Notes: generated by a model not told the origin, from the sequence alone. 64,000 nucleotides of DNA from Candidatus Methanosuratincola mesotaenarum (GCA_038801705.1 JAULTC010000004.1:9868-73867); one strand, 5' to 3'. Shown: positions 1-9,964, counted from the first letter of the stretch. Translations and numbers: made by a program.

Positions 1-2
1 GG

Positions 3-257
3 GGTGCAGTGCAGGCATTCCTCTCAACATCAGAGCGCGGGGCTTCCTCGGTCCTGGCACTTGCGCTAAAAGACATTTCTGAAGGAGGCCAGGGAGACCT
101 CGGGACCTGGAGGCGCGTGCTGAAGGCGATGGGAAAGGACTTTGAGACAATCCAGCGGGCCTGGTCCGAGGGCGACGTCCTTCCATGGGAACGGATAAAA
201 GGGGGGCCAGAGAAGTCTCTATTATTGACCGAGTTCAAAAGGGCCGTCGGCGGGTGA
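3..257 (+). CDS. C-terminal part of a probable radical SAM protein (5' end outside window)
   Basis: Open from the window edge; ends in LPWERIKGGPEKSLLLTEFKRA, similar to the LPWxxI..G..K..L..E...A tail of an uncharacterised radical SAM family. Confidence 0.45.
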   Translation, partial: GAVQAFLSTSERGASSVLALALKDISEGGQGDLGTWRRVLKAMGKDFETIQRAWSEGDVLPWERIKGGPEKSLLLTEFKRAVGG

Positions 258-262
258 GCGCG

Positions 263-568
263 ATGGGGATCTCGGAGAATGAGCTTAAGCGGGACTATCC
301 GAACCTTTACAAGGAGATAACATCCTCGACCGGGGAGGAGCGATCGATCAAGGTGGATCGAGGCAGGGGTTACGTCCCATCGATCATAGACTTCCTGCAG
401 CGGTGCGATACAGATCAGGAGGGGTTTGAGGTCGTGGACTTTATGGAAAAGAGGGGCGAGATCTCAAAGCACTACGCGGAATCTCTGAGAAAAAGGATAG
501 CAGAGTCGGGGATAAGGTCTTTCGGGGAAAAGAGGGTACCAGGTCACTACTTCAAGAAGTTCCGTTAA
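263..568 (+). CDS. DUF2095-family protein
   Basis: YPNLYKEI and YVPSIIDFLQRCDT..EVVDFMEKRGEIS...GIRSFG motifs; ATG at 263. Confidence 0.75.
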   Translation: MGISENELKRDYPNLYKEITSSTGEERSIKVDRGRGYVPSIIDFLQRCDTDQEGFEVVDFMEKRGEISKHYAESLRKRIAESGIRSFGEKRVPGHYFKKFR

Positions 569-1776
569 CTCCGCATCCCTTTTGCAGAAACTATCTTTAT
601 TATATCCCTGTCCTTTAGCCTGTAGTTCTCTCCGATCTTCTGTCCTGTCCTCGCGTCGATCGCGTACATGAATCCTTCGCCCAGATCCGAGTGGATCTTG
701 TAGGCCAGCCCCCTCACAGTCGTCCCATCCTGGACCAGCACCACGTCTGGAAGGATGTTCCCCTTGTGGTCAGTCAGCTTGTTTGCGTCCTCAACAGGGA
801 ACACCGATATCATCTTCAGTTCCTTCTTATAGATGCTCTCGATCGCATCCTGCACCCCTGTGCTTCCCCACTTCCCCAATAGGTCCCTTATCTTCCTGAG
901 CCCTTCCTTCTGCTTCTCGTTCAGTTCCGCATCCCTAAGTACCCTGAACTCCGAGTCGCCCGGGCTGTAGCTGATTATCCCCTTCTTGGCTGCCAGCCTC
1001 AGTGCCAGCTCAGCCTCTGCCGAACAGGGGATCACCGTCCTCTCCCTGAACTCCAGCCTCAGCCTCTCAATGTTCTCCTCAGCCTGCCTCATGTCGATCT
1101 TGTTTGCGGCTATCACCATTGGTTTGGACGCCCTCCTCAACTCCTCCACGAAGATTTTCAGATCCTCCTCTGTCCAATCATCGATCCTCTTCTTCAGCTC
1201 GTCCTTGGCATTGATCGCATCCAAAACATGACGCCTGCTTATCATCAGCCCAGTAAGCCTTTCGGTGAGCAGTGCTACCCCGTCTTCCTTGAGCTGCCTA
1301 ATCCCCTTGACGATCCTGTCCCAGTCCTTCTTCAGAATCCCGATCATCCACATTGTGATCTCATACTCTAGAAACCTCACGTCCTCGACAGGATCCCTAG
1401 TGCCCGGCTGGCATGCGTTGCCGTTGGCGTCTGTACTGCCCGATGCATCGACTACTTGTATGAACCCGTCTGCCTGGCGCAGGTCGTCCAGAAACTTGTT
1501 TCCGAGCCCGCGGCCCTTGTGCGCGTCCGGTACCAGCCCTGCGACATCCACAAGCCTCACAGGCACCCATCTGATTCCGTCGATGCAGGCGGAATTCCTG
1601 GGGGTGTCTTCAACACCCATCTCCTTGCATACGCACTTTACCCTTATGTTGGCGATCCCCTGGTTCGGCTCTATAGTTGTGAAGGGCACCGCCCCTATCT
1701 TGGCGGGGGCCAGAGTACTGGCGCAGAAAAATGTGGTTTTACCTACATGTGTTTTGCCTACCAAACCCGCGATCAT
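565..1776 (-). CDS. ychF: Translation-associated GTPase/ATPase YchF (archaeal OBG family, TGS domain)
   Basis: GKTHVGKTT, PFTTIEPN, DVAGLV, GLGNKFLDDLRQAD, NKID; C-terminal TGS domain. Confidence 0.93.
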   Translation of the reverse strand: MIAGLVGKTHVGKTTFFCASTLAPAKIGAVPFTTIEPNQGIANIRVKCVCKEMGVEDTPRNSACIDGIRWVPVRLVDVAGLVPDAHKGRGLGNKFLDDLRQADGFIQVVDASGSTDANGNACQPGTRDPVEDVRFLEYEITMWMIGILKKDWDRIVKGIRQLKEDGVALLTERLTGLMISRRHVLDAINAKDELKKRIDDWTEEDLKIFVEELRRASKPMVIAANKIDMRQAEENIERLRLEFRERTVIPCSAEAELALRLAAKKGIISYSPGDSEFRVLRDAELNEKQKEGLRKIRDLLGKWGSTGVQDAIESIYKKELKMISVFPVEDANKLTDHKGNILPDVVLVQDGTTVRGLAYKIHSDLGEGFMYAIDARTGQKIGENYRLKDRDIIKIVSAKGMRS

Positions 1777-1969
1777 TTTGCGCCCCCTTCAATACTCTGA
1801 GCCGAGTCTATATTAATATACCAACACTGCCTCATATTTGCGGATTTCAGCAGCTGCCAGTGCCTCGATCGGTCACGGTCGCTGGATCTCTTAGGCTCCT
1901 GTAACCATGGCAGCATAAACTATTTTATACTCTTGAGTCTTTAGAGTAGAGGACGCTGGGGGTCATCAT

Positions 1970-2896
1970 ATGAGGGTGCTAATTGCTGACGAGGTCGACC
2001 CTGTTTGCGGGGTGCGACTGAGGGCCGCGGGCTTCGAGGTCGACGAGAAATTTGGCGTTTCATACGATGCACTGAAAGGTATAATCGGGTCCTATGACAT
2101 CCTCATAGTGAGGAGCAGGACCAAAGTAACGCGCGAAATAATTGAGCGGGGGAAGAACCTTAGGGCAATCGGAAGGGTAGGTGTAGGCCTGGATACAATC
2201 GACGTAAAAGCCGCCGAGGAAGCCGGCATAAAGATCCTCAACACGCCGCAGATGTCTACCGTCGCGGTGGCTGAGCTGGTGATGGGAATGATGCTTGGCC
2301 TGGCAAGGAAGATCTGCCTTGCCAGTGAGTCAATGAAAAAAGGGCTTTGGGAGAAGAAGAAACTCCATGGCATTGAATTGAAGGGAAAGACGCTTGGGAT
2401 CGTCGGGTTCGGAAGGATAGGGCGTGCAGTTGCCGAGAGATCCAGGGCGTTCGGTATGAATATACTCGTATATGATGTGGTAGTCGACGAGAATGCACTC
2501 ACAAGAGTCGGCGGAGAGCGGGTGAGCAAGATCGGAGATTTGCTTCAGAGGTCGGATGTTGTGACCGTGCATGTCCCGCTCATCCCTGAGACTTACCACA
2601 TGTTTGGGGAGGCTGCATTTTCGACAATGCGGCATGGGTCTTTCTTCATAAATGCCTCGAGGGGCGAGGTAGTCGATACGGGCGCACTCCTGAGAGCACT
2701 GAAGAGCGGCATGATTGCCGGGGCCGCGATCGACGTCTTCGAGCATGAGCCCCCAGAGACCCCTGAGGAGAGGGAGCTCGTCTCATTGCCGAATGTAATC
2801 GCCACCCCCCACATCGGTGCGCAGACAAGGGAGGCGCAGTTGCTTGGGGCAGAGCTCATAGCCGAAAACATTATAAACGCCTTTAAACCGCTTTAG
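1970..2896 (+). CDS. serA: D-3-phosphoglycerate dehydrogenase / D-2-hydroxyacid dehydrogenase (no ACT domain)
   Basis: IVRSRTKV, GVGLDTID, GFGRIG, INASRG, DVFEHEP, TPHIGAQT. Confidence 0.85.
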   Translation: MRVLIADEVDPVCGVRLRAAGFEVDEKFGVSYDALKGIIGSYDILIVRSRTKVTREIIERGKNLRAIGRVGVGLDTIDVKAAEEAGIKILNTPQMSTVAVAELVMGMMLGLARKICLASESMKKGLWEKKKLHGIELKGKTLGIVGFGRIGRAVAERSRAFGMNILVYDVVVDENALTRVGGERVSKIGDLLQRSDVVTVHVPLIPETYHMFGEAAFSTMRHGSFFINASRGEVVDTGALLRALKSGMIAGAAIDVFEHEPPETPEERELVSLPNVIATPHIGAQTREAQLLGAELIAENIINAFKPL

Positions 2897-2914
2897 TCTG
2901 CGGTTGGTGTTACC

Positions 2915-3433
2915 ATGTCTGCTTACAAGTACGTCAGGGATGCGTGGCGGAGCCCTGGAGAGGGGCTTGTTAAGAGCCTGCGCACGGAGCGCCTCATCAA
3001 GTGGAGGCGGGAGCCCGCAGTCTGCACAGTTGAGCATCCTACCCGTATTGACAAGGCAAGGTCGCTGGGATACAAGGCGAAGCCTGGCATAGTCGTGACC
3101 AGGGTGAGATTGATAAGGGGTCCGATGAATGTGCCGCGCCCGCGTTCCGGAAGGCGCCCAAAGAGGATGGGCATCTACGGCCTCACTGTTAACAAGAGCG
3201 TGAGATGGATAGCTGAGGAGAGGGCAGCCAAGAGATTCCCGAACATGAATGTAATTGGAAGCTACTGGGTTGCCTCTGACGGAAGGTATGCCTGGTATGA
3301 GGTCATTCTTGTCGACCCGTCGAACCCGTCGATCAAGGGCGACAAGAACCTAGGCTGGACAGCTCGGCCAGCCCAGCGGGGGCGGGCATTTAGGGGCCTC
3401 ACTGCTGCAGGAAAGCGTGCAAGGGGTCTGTAG
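2915..3433 (+). CDS. rpl15e: 50S ribosomal protein L15e
   Basis: MSAYKY, PTRIDKARSLGYKAKPG, SYWV..DG.Y.WYEVILVDP. Confidence 0.97.
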   Translation: MSAYKYVRDAWRSPGEGLVKSLRTERLIKWRREPAVCTVEHPTRIDKARSLGYKAKPGIVVTRVRLIRGPMNVPRPRSGRRPKRMGIYGLTVNKSVRWIAEERAAKRFPNMNVIGSYWVASDGRYAWYEVILVDPSNPSIKGDKNLGWTARPAQRGRAFRGLTAAGKRARGL

Positions 3434-3491
3434 GGTAACCGATTGTCCGAAAGGGCAGCCTTTTCGCTTTTCGTCGACTGGTGCTGTCTCG

Positions 3492-3926
3492 ATGATATCG
3501 AAAGTTTCAATGAGCCTGATATGCCATGCAACTGAAGACCCAAGGAAAGTCGAGCAGGCGCTACTGAACCTACTCCCTGAGGGGATGCGGGGATCAGCCC
3601 AGATCAAATACACGATTGCGAGGGGGCACCACGGAAACGAGATACGGGTTGCATCCCTCGAGGAGGAAGGGACACGCGCAAAAGATGCTGTGGATTACAT
3701 GACTAAGCTCCTGCCGCCCGGAGACCTTCTTCGCCTCAGGGACGAGATAGACCGTTTTTTCGACTCTAGATCGGCTCTCTTCATTCGGTTCGAGAAGCAA
3801 AAGGCATACGCTGGGTCCTTGAGGCTCTCCGAGAGCGACGACATAATCAGGGTGAAGATTTCGCTCCAGCTAAGGAAGGGGGAGGACACGAAATCAAGGC
3901 TCCTCGAAATCCTTAGCCTCGCATAA
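3492..3926 (+). CDS. DUF54-type RNA-binding protein of the exosome superoperon
   Basis: HATEDPRKV, GHHGNEI, FIRFEKQKAY; conserved position after rpl15e. Confidence 0.85.
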   Translation: MISKVSMSLICHATEDPRKVEQALLNLLPEGMRGSAQIKYTIARGHHGNEIRVASLEEEGTRAKDAVDYMTKLLPPGDLLRLRDEIDRFFDSRSALFIRFEKQKAYAGSLRLSESDDIIRVKISLQLRKGEDTKSRLLEILSLA

Positions 3927-3979
3927 CTTACTTACTACTTTTATTTCTGGATTTGGATAACAAATTGGGGGGATCGTTT

Positions 3980-4279
3980 TTGAAGTGCAGGGATCTCAGG
4001 ACCAGGTACATAGTATTCAAAAGCACTGGGGGACTCAACCCTTACCTCATTCCTACTGCCATAGCCAAGTTCTCGCCACCTGAGTCCAGGATAAAGCTCG
4101 TCGGGTCCTACGAGCAATACGCGATAGTCCGCGCCGACCAAAAGGCACTGAAGGCGATCCAGCGCTTCCTCGGCAGCAGGATTGAACTGCAGCTACCTGG
4201 CGGGACCGCAATCTCCATCGTCTCGACCGGGACAATAAAGAAGGCAAAGGAAAAAATAAAAGCAATACGCGTGGATTAG
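3980..4279 (+). CDS. rnp2: RNase P protein subunit Rpp14/Pop5
   Basis: RTRYIVF and STGTIKKAK motifs; superoperon position; TTG start after a G-rich RBS. Confidence 0.7.
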   Translation: MKCRDLRTRYIVFKSTGGLNPYLIPTAIAKFSPPESRIKLVGSYEQYAIVRADQKALKAIQRFLGSRIELQLPGGTAISIVSTGTIKKAKEKIKAIRVD

Positions 4280-4285
4280 GGTTGG

Positions 4286-4350
4286 GGATGAAGAAGCCGT
4301 CCCAGTCAAATCAGAACGCTGAAGATGTTGAACCTGCGACGGACTGAGGG
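4286..4350 (+). ncRNA. Box C/D 2'-O-methylation guide sRNA
   Basis: C ATGAAGA (4288-94), 12-nt guide, D' CAAA, TCAG-aacg-CTGA hairpin, C' ATGTTGA (4325-31), 12-nt guide, D CTGA (4344-47). Confidence 0.8.
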
Positions 4351-4378
4351 CAAAAGCCCCGCAGGGAGACTCCCTGCG
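4348..4378 (+). other. Two adjacent GC-rich hairpins 3' of the sRNA (processing/termination structure?)
   Basis: GGGC-aaaa-GCCC and CGCAGGGA-gac-TCCCTGCG. Confidence 0.45.
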
Positions 4379-4608
4379 CCCACTTTACATTTGTAAAATC
4401 GTTTTTCGAAAAAAAGAAAGTGTTTCTTTGCGTTTTCTAAACTTTTTTGAGCATGGATCATGGTTTTTCAAACATTGCCATAATGGAACGTGAGTAAATT
4501 AAAATATTTTTTAATACCAATGGTTCTTATTGATGTAAATTCATTTTTAGAGCGATATCTTTAAAAGCTATTGAATCTTAAGCTTAGTGGTTCCAGGGGG
4601 TTTAGTGA

Positions 4609-6033
4609 GTGTCTCTCCTGAATGAAAAGGCGCGCGACGATCTTCTGAGGGCGCTGAAAGGCGAGAGGATAGACTATTCTGAGTACGACATCGCCGAGAC
4701 CCAGTCACCGAAGATATACAAGGATCTCTTCCCGTTCGAGTCCCCCCCAAAGATGGTCTGGGACGGTATAGATGTACCGATGGAGGTGCCTGAAAACCTC
4801 TGGATAACGGATACGACCTTCAGGGACGGTCAGCAATCAAGGGATCCGTATACCGTTAACCAGATAGTGGATCTCTACAACTTCCTGCACCGCATAGGGG
4901 GGCCAAATGGTAAGGTACTAATGTCCGAATTCTTCCTCTACACCCAGAGGGACAAGGAGGCGGTGTCGAGGGTGAGGGATCTCGGGTACGAGTATCCCAG
5001 GATTACTGGTTGGATTAGGGCGAGCAAAGACGACCTAAAGATCGCTAAAGATGCTAAGGTAGACGAGGTCGGCATGCTCGCGTCGATTTCAGATTACCAC
5101 ATTTTCTTCAAGTTCAAGGGCATGAGCCGATCCCAGGTCATCCAGAAGTACCTCGACGTGGTCGAGGAAGGGCTCAAATCGGGGATAATAATGCGTGCCC
5201 ATGTTGAAGACTGCACTAGGGCAGACATCCTGGGAGTGGTAGTCCCGTTTGCGAAGCGGCTCATGCAGCTCTCTGATAAATACGGGATCCCTGTAAAACT
5301 GAGGGTTCCTGATACCTTGGGGCTCGGGCTGCCTTGGTCAAAGGCTGCTCTGCCGAGGAGCATACCAAAGATATTCTATCTAATGCGGCAATTGGCAGGG
5401 GTGCCATCCGAGTACCTCGAGTTCCATGGGCACAACGACTTCCATCTTGGCATCGCCAATGCGACTGCGGCTTGGATGTATGGGGCATCGCTCAACAACA
5501 CGACCCTCCTCGGCATCGGCGAGAGGGCAGGCAACGTCCCGCTCGAGGCGATGGTCTTCATATACTCTGGCCTCAAGGGAGACCTAGACGGGATGAACAC
5601 GCTTGCCATCACGGAGATGGCAAAGTACTACAGGCGCAACATAGGCTACTACATCCCACCCTACTACCCGATTGTGGGGAGGAACTTCAACGTGACGAGG
5701 GCGGGTATCCACGCGGACGGGGCGCTCAAAAACATAGAGATGTATCTGCCTTTCGACACAGAGAAGCTGCTCGGCGTCCCCCCCGGGGTATCGATCACGC
5801 CCTACTCGGGGAACGCAGGCGTAGCCTTCTGGATCAACTACTTCTTCGGCCTTAAGAATGGGGAAAAGGTGGACAAGGATTCCGAGGGCGTGATGAGGAT
5901 ATACCGTGAGGTGCTGAAGAAATTCGATTCTGGGGAGGCACTGTCAATAAGCGATGAGGAGATGCTCAGCCTGGTCGAGAAGCACATGCCAGAATTCTAC
6001 GAAGCCAACAAACACCGCATTTTCCAGCAGTAG
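4609..6033 (+). CDS. Re-citrate synthase (DRE-TIM metallolyase family)
   Basis: WITDTTFRDGQQSR.PYT..QIV.LY..LH.IGGPNG, SEFFLY, ITGWIRA, SDYHIF, EFHGHNDF, FNVTRAGIHADG, typical of clostridial Re-CS rather than LeuA/CimA. Confidence 0.8.
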   Translation: MSLLNEKARDDLLRALKGERIDYSEYDIAETQSPKIYKDLFPFESPPKMVWDGIDVPMEVPENLWITDTTFRDGQQSRDPYTVNQIVDLYNFLHRIGGPNGKVLMSEFFLYTQRDKEAVSRVRDLGYEYPRITGWIRASKDDLKIAKDAKVDEVGMLASISDYHIFFKFKGMSRSQVIQKYLDVVEEGLKSGIIMRAHVEDCTRADILGVVVPFAKRLMQLSDKYGIPVKLRVPDTLGLGLPWSKAALPRSIPKIFYLMRQLAGVPSEYLEFHGHNDFHLGIANATAAWMYGASLNNTTLLGIGERAGNVPLEAMVFIYSGLKGDLDGMNTLAITEMAKYYRRNIGYYIPPYYPIVGRNFNVTRAGIHADGALKNIEMYLPFDTEKLLGVPPGVSITPYSGNAGVAFWINYFFGLKNGEKVDKDSEGVMRIYREVLKKFDSGEALSISDEEMLSLVEKHMPEFYEANKHRIFQQ

Positions 6034-6087
6034 CCTCATCAAACACTTTTTTAGGCTGCTTGCAGAATGTGATAACGTGGAATTTGT

Positions 6088-6993
6088 ATGAGCCGGCGGG
6101 TAATCAGAGGTTTTTTGAGGAGCGATGGGACCCCAAACTTCTCGAATAGCGTCTATAGCAAGCCAAAAGAACTGGAGTTCATAGTCCAGAAGCCCGCAAT
6201 TTCCGCAACCACCCGCACTCCAATAATAAAGGCGATAGACCTCATGCTCTCCAAGGGGATAAGAAGGATCCCGATTACCACAACAAAGGGCGATCTCATA
6301 GGGATAATTACCGCAACCGACTTGGTCAACCTATTCGGCGGCGGCGAGTACTACAACCTCGTAAAGCTGAGGTACGGTGGCAGGTTCTTCTCTACCCTAT
6401 ATGCGCCGGTAGACTCAATCATGACCCGGGAGGTCGTTTCCGCCGGCATTGAGGAGAGCTTCTCGGAGGTCCTCGGGAAGATGATCCGTGAGAACGTCGG
6501 GTCCGTGCCCATTGTGGACGGCGGAGTCTTGGTGGGGATTATAACTGAGTACGATGTGGTGAGGTACCTCTCAGGAAGATCAATGACCGGAAAAGTTGAG
6601 GATTACATGTCCAAGAGCCCGGTTATGGCATCGCCCGAGATCACGATAAAGTCGGTGGCCCGCCTCATGGTTTCGAACGGGTTCCGCAGGATCCCGCTCG
6701 TGGAAGGGGGGACAGTAAGGGGGATCGTAACGACTATGGATATTGTCAGGTACTTCGGTGAGGGGAAGGCGTTCAGGAAGATCATGCTGGACGAGATGGA
6801 CCAGGTGATCTCGGTGCCTGCAAAGGAGATAATGAGCGAGGGGGCTGTGAAGGTGAGCCCGAAGGACTTGATAGGGGATGTGGCTCAGCTGATCAGGACC
6901 AGCGGCGTTGGCGCAGTGCTCGTCGAGGATGGAGGAGGCATTGTCGGCATACTCACAGAAAGAGACCTCCTGATGGCGCTGGCGATCGAGTAG
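6088..6993 (+). CDS. Multi-CBS-domain protein
   Basis: Four CBS repeats (RRIPI..GIIT.TD, GIITEYD, GIVTTMD, GILTERD). Confidence 0.88.
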   Translation: MSRRVIRGFLRSDGTPNFSNSVYSKPKELEFIVQKPAISATTRTPIIKAIDLMLSKGIRRIPITTTKGDLIGIITATDLVNLFGGGEYYNLVKLRYGGRFFSTLYAPVDSIMTREVVSAGIEESFSEVLGKMIRENVGSVPIVDGGVLVGIITEYDVVRYLSGRSMTGKVEDYMSKSPVMASPEITIKSVARLMVSNGFRRIPLVEGGTVRGIVTTMDIVRYFGEGKAFRKIMLDEMDQVISVPAKEIMSEGAVKVSPKDLIGDVAQLIRTSGVGAVLVEDGGGIVGILTERDLLMALAIE

Positions 6994-6999
6994 GCAGTG

Positions 7000-7015
7000 C
7001 GAAAAGAATATAAAA
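7000..7015 (+). promoter_or_regulatory. BRE + TATA box upstream of psmA
   Basis: CGAAAAGAATATAAAA in the intergenic region. Confidence 0.5.
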
Positions 7016-7088
7016 TGTGCATAGTCTTTTATGCTGAAGGTAAAATATCCTTAGCATAATATGTTGCTATTACATGTGGTGAAATGAA

Positions 7089-7811
7089 ATGTTTAGCCCT
7101 CCAGGAATGGGTTATGATCGTGCGATTACAATATTCTCGCCTGATGGGCGTCTATTCCAGGTCGAATATGCTCTTGAGGCGGTGAGGCGCGGGTGGACGG
7201 CCATCGGGATCAGGTGCAGGAACGGCGTCATTCTGGCAGTAGAGAAGAAGAGGATCAGCCCTCTGATCGATCCCGCATCCATGGAGAAGATCCTCAAGAT
7301 AGACGAGCACGTTGGCGCGACGTTCGCAGGTCTCTCTTCCGACGCAAGGATCTTGGTTGAGCGGGCGAGGCAGGAGGCACAAATCAACCGGATGCTTTAC
7401 GATGAGATAATCGACGTCGAGGTGCTGACCAAGAAAGTCAGCGAGGTGAAGCAGATCTACACCCAGCATGCTGGTGTTAGACCCTTCGGCGTCGCGCTGC
7501 TGATAGCAGGCATAGACCGATTCGGGCCAAGGCTGTTCATGACCGAGCCGAGCGGAGCCTACGCAGGATACTATGCTGTAGCGATAGGCGCAGGAAGCCA
7601 GACTGCCACGGAGTTCTTCGAGAAGAACTACCAGCCTGACCTTGAGATCGATGATGCAATAATGCTTGCGCTGAAGGCGCTCTCATCTATAGTCGAGGGC
7701 GGACTCGACTCTGCCAAGGTCGAGATGGCGATACTGCGATCCGAGACTGGAAAATTCGAAAACCTCCTACCACAGCGCCTTATGGAATACATAGAAAAGC
7801 TAAAGGCGTAA
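7089..7811 (+). CDS. psmA: Proteasome subunit alpha
   Basis: [20 protein letters not shown] signature; GVRPFGV. Confidence 0.98.
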   Translation: MFSPPGMGYDRAITIFSPDGRLFQVEYALEAVRRGWTAIGIRCRNGVILAVEKKRISPLIDPASMEKILKIDEHVGATFAGLSSDARILVERARQEAQINRMLYDEIIDVEVLTKKVSEVKQIYTQHAGVRPFGVALLIAGIDRFGPRLFMTEPSGAYAGYYAVAIGAGSQTATEFFEKNYQPDLEIDDAIMLALKALSSIVEGGLDSAKVEMAILRSETGKFENLLPQRLMEYIEKLKA

Positions 7812-7815
7812 GCCT

Positions 7816-8514
7816 ATGCCGAAAGAAGAGAAGTCAGTCATTGCCAGGCTAGTTATTCGCGGAGAGCACTTTGAGGTGATGGTAGACCCAGATCTCGCTT
7901 GGGCCCTCAAGAGCGGCAAGGAAGTAGACTTCAATGAGCTTCTTGTGAGCGAGATCATCTACAAGGATGCAAGCAAGGGCCTGAAGGCATCGGAGGAGTC
8001 CCTGAAGAAGAACTTCGGTACCGACGACCCGAAGACAATCGCCACCGCAATAATCAGGAAGGGCGAGCTCCAGCTTACTACCGAGCAGAGGCGCGAGATG
8101 ATCGAAAACAAGCGGAAACAGATAGTCAATTTCATATCCCGGAATTGCATTGACCCGAAGAGCGGATTCCCACATCCTCCACAGCGAATAGAGAACGCAA
8201 TGGAAAATGTGAGGGTGAGCATAGATCCGTTCAAGTCTGTGGAGGAACAGGCGCAGGAGGTTATCAAGGCCCTGAGGACAGAGCTCCCTCTCAAGGTATC
8301 GCAGGTCGTGGCTAGGATCAGCATCCCGTCTGCCCATGCTAGGCGAGTCTACAGTGTGATATCGAAGATGGGGAACATGACGCGGTCGGACTGGCTCTCA
8401 GATGGGTCTTGGCGGGGCGAGATGGTGCTCCCGGCGGGTATCCAGCAGAGCTTTGTGGACCGCGTCAACGAACTAACTAGGGGTAATTGTGATATTGATA
8501 TAAAAAAGCTATGA
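7816..8514 (+). CDS. Ribosome maturation factor SBDS/Sdo1
   Basis: [29 protein letters not shown]. Confidence 0.96.
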   Translation: MPKEEKSVIARLVIRGEHFEVMVDPDLAWALKSGKEVDFNELLVSEIIYKDASKGLKASEESLKKNFGTDDPKTIATAIIRKGELQLTTEQRREMIENKRKQIVNFISRNCIDPKSGFPHPPQRIENAMENVRVSIDPFKSVEEQAQEVIKALRTELPLKVSQVVARISIPSAHARRVYSVISKMGNMTRSDWLSDGSWRGEMVLPAGIQQSFVDRVNELTRGNCDIDIKKL

Positions 8515-8526
8515 GGTGTTACTTGA

Positions 8527-9213
8527 ATGACTACTTTCTTCGAACCAAGACAGCTAGTGTCCCCGGGCACGCTATTGGCAGAAGGGAACTACCAGCCCGG
8601 ATTCAATGTGTATTGCGATGATGGGAGATATTACGCCTCGATGGTCGGTCTTGCCGATATCAGGAACAACGTGATCTCTGTCATCCCTCTTAGGGGGTGC
8701 TACATACCTCAGCCAGGGGATGTTGTGATCGGCAAGGTGGTTGAGTGCATCTCTACCGCGTGGATGCTCGACATCCGGTCCCCCTACCAAGGGGTTCTGT
8801 TTGCCTCAGAATTCCTGTCAAAGCCCCTGAACCCTCTCAAGGAAGAAGCTCGCAGGTATCTTGACGTCGGAGAGATGGTGATCGCCACGGTAATGGCCTT
8901 TGACAGGACAAGGAACCCATCGCTGACCGCAAGAGACCACGGGCTTGGTAAGATACACCGGGGCACAGTCATAGACATCGACTTCACAAGGGTTCCCAGG
9001 ATAATAGGAAAGAAGGGGTCAATGATAACGATGCTTAAGAAAGAGACTGGCGCCCAGATTCTCGTGGGTCAGAACGGCAGGGTGTGGATATCAGGAAAGT
9101 CCCGCGACGAGGAGGCCGTGATTGCCGATGCTATACGGAAGATCGAGGCTGAGGCACACACTACCGGCCTAACGGATAGAATCAGAGAGTTTTTGATTAG
9201 CAAAATAAGGTGA
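8527..9213 (+). CDS. rrp4: Exosome complex RNA-binding protein Rrp4
   Basis: YIPQPGDVVIG (S1), VPRIIGKKGSMI (KH), GQNGRVWI, AHTTGLTD. Confidence 0.96.
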   Translation: MTTFFEPRQLVSPGTLLAEGNYQPGFNVYCDDGRYYASMVGLADIRNNVISVIPLRGCYIPQPGDVVIGKVVECISTAWMLDIRSPYQGVLFASEFLSKPLNPLKEEARRYLDVGEMVIATVMAFDRTRNPSLTARDHGLGKIHRGTVIDIDFTRVPRIIGKKGSMITMLKKETGAQILVGQNGRVWISGKSRDEEAVIADAIRKIEAEAHTTGLTDRIREFLISKIR

Positions 9214-9217
9214 TATT

Positions 9218-9961
9218 ATGGGCGATTCGAAAAGTGAAAGATTGATATCTGATGACGGAATAAGATGTGACGGCAGAAGATTGGATGAGATAAGGCCAAT
9301 AGAGTTCCAGCTAGGCGTCCTGAAGAACACCGATGGTTCAGCCTATGTTGAGTGGGGGAAGACGAAGATCTTGGTGGGGGTGATGGGTCCGAGGGAATCC
9401 CACCCAAAGCACCTTGCCCTATCCGACAAAGCAAGGGTCGAGGCGTACTACCGGATGGCATCCTTCTCGGTGGAAGAGTGGAAATCTCCAGCCCCATCGA
9501 GGAGGGAAGTTGAGCTCTCCAAAGTCATCCGCGAGGCGCTCGGGCCTGCGATCTTCGTCGACTTCTTCCCAAGGACAAGCATAGATATATTCATCGAAGT
9601 CCTGCAGGCGGACGGGAGCACAAGGTGCGCCTCGATCTCAGCAGCCTCGTTGGCCCTCGTGGATGCGGGCATACCGATGCGCGACCTCGTCGCGAGCATT
9701 GCCGTCGGCAAGGTCGAGGGGAAGCTTGTGCTGGACGTCCAGGACAAGGAGGACAAGACTGGAGAGTCTGATATGCCCATGGCATACATGCCCTCCAAGA
9801 ACGCTGTGACGTTGCTCCAAATGGACGGTCAGATCACGCACGACGAGTTCCTGCAATCAATCGAGCTCCTGAAGAAGGGCTGCATGGAAGTCTACAAGAA
9901 GCAGAAGGAAGCGATTGAAAAACACTTCAAGGGAGCAGTATCAAAAGTGGAGGAGGTATGA
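9218..9961 (+). CDS. rrp41: Exosome complex exonuclease Rrp41
   Basis: RCDGR..DE.RP, DGSAYVEWG.TK, QADGSTR, DMP.A. Confidence 0.97.
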   Translation: MGDSKSERLISDDGIRCDGRRLDEIRPIEFQLGVLKNTDGSAYVEWGKTKILVGVMGPRESHPKHLALSDKARVEAYYRMASFSVEEWKSPAPSRREVELSKVIREALGPAIFVDFFPRTSIDIFIEVLQADGSTRCASISAASLALVDAGIPMRDLVASIAVGKVEGKLVLDVQDKEDKTGESDMPMAYMPSKNAVTLLQMDGQITHDEFLQSIELLKKGCMEVYKKQKEAIEKHFKGAVSKVEEV

Positions 9962-9964
9962 GCG

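Noticed and set aside
1853-1914. GCTGCCA/TGGCAGC-closed hairpin as a possible sRNA in the ychF-serA intergenic region
   Set aside because: Box C/D or H/ACA motifs are too degenerate and no target could be assigned.
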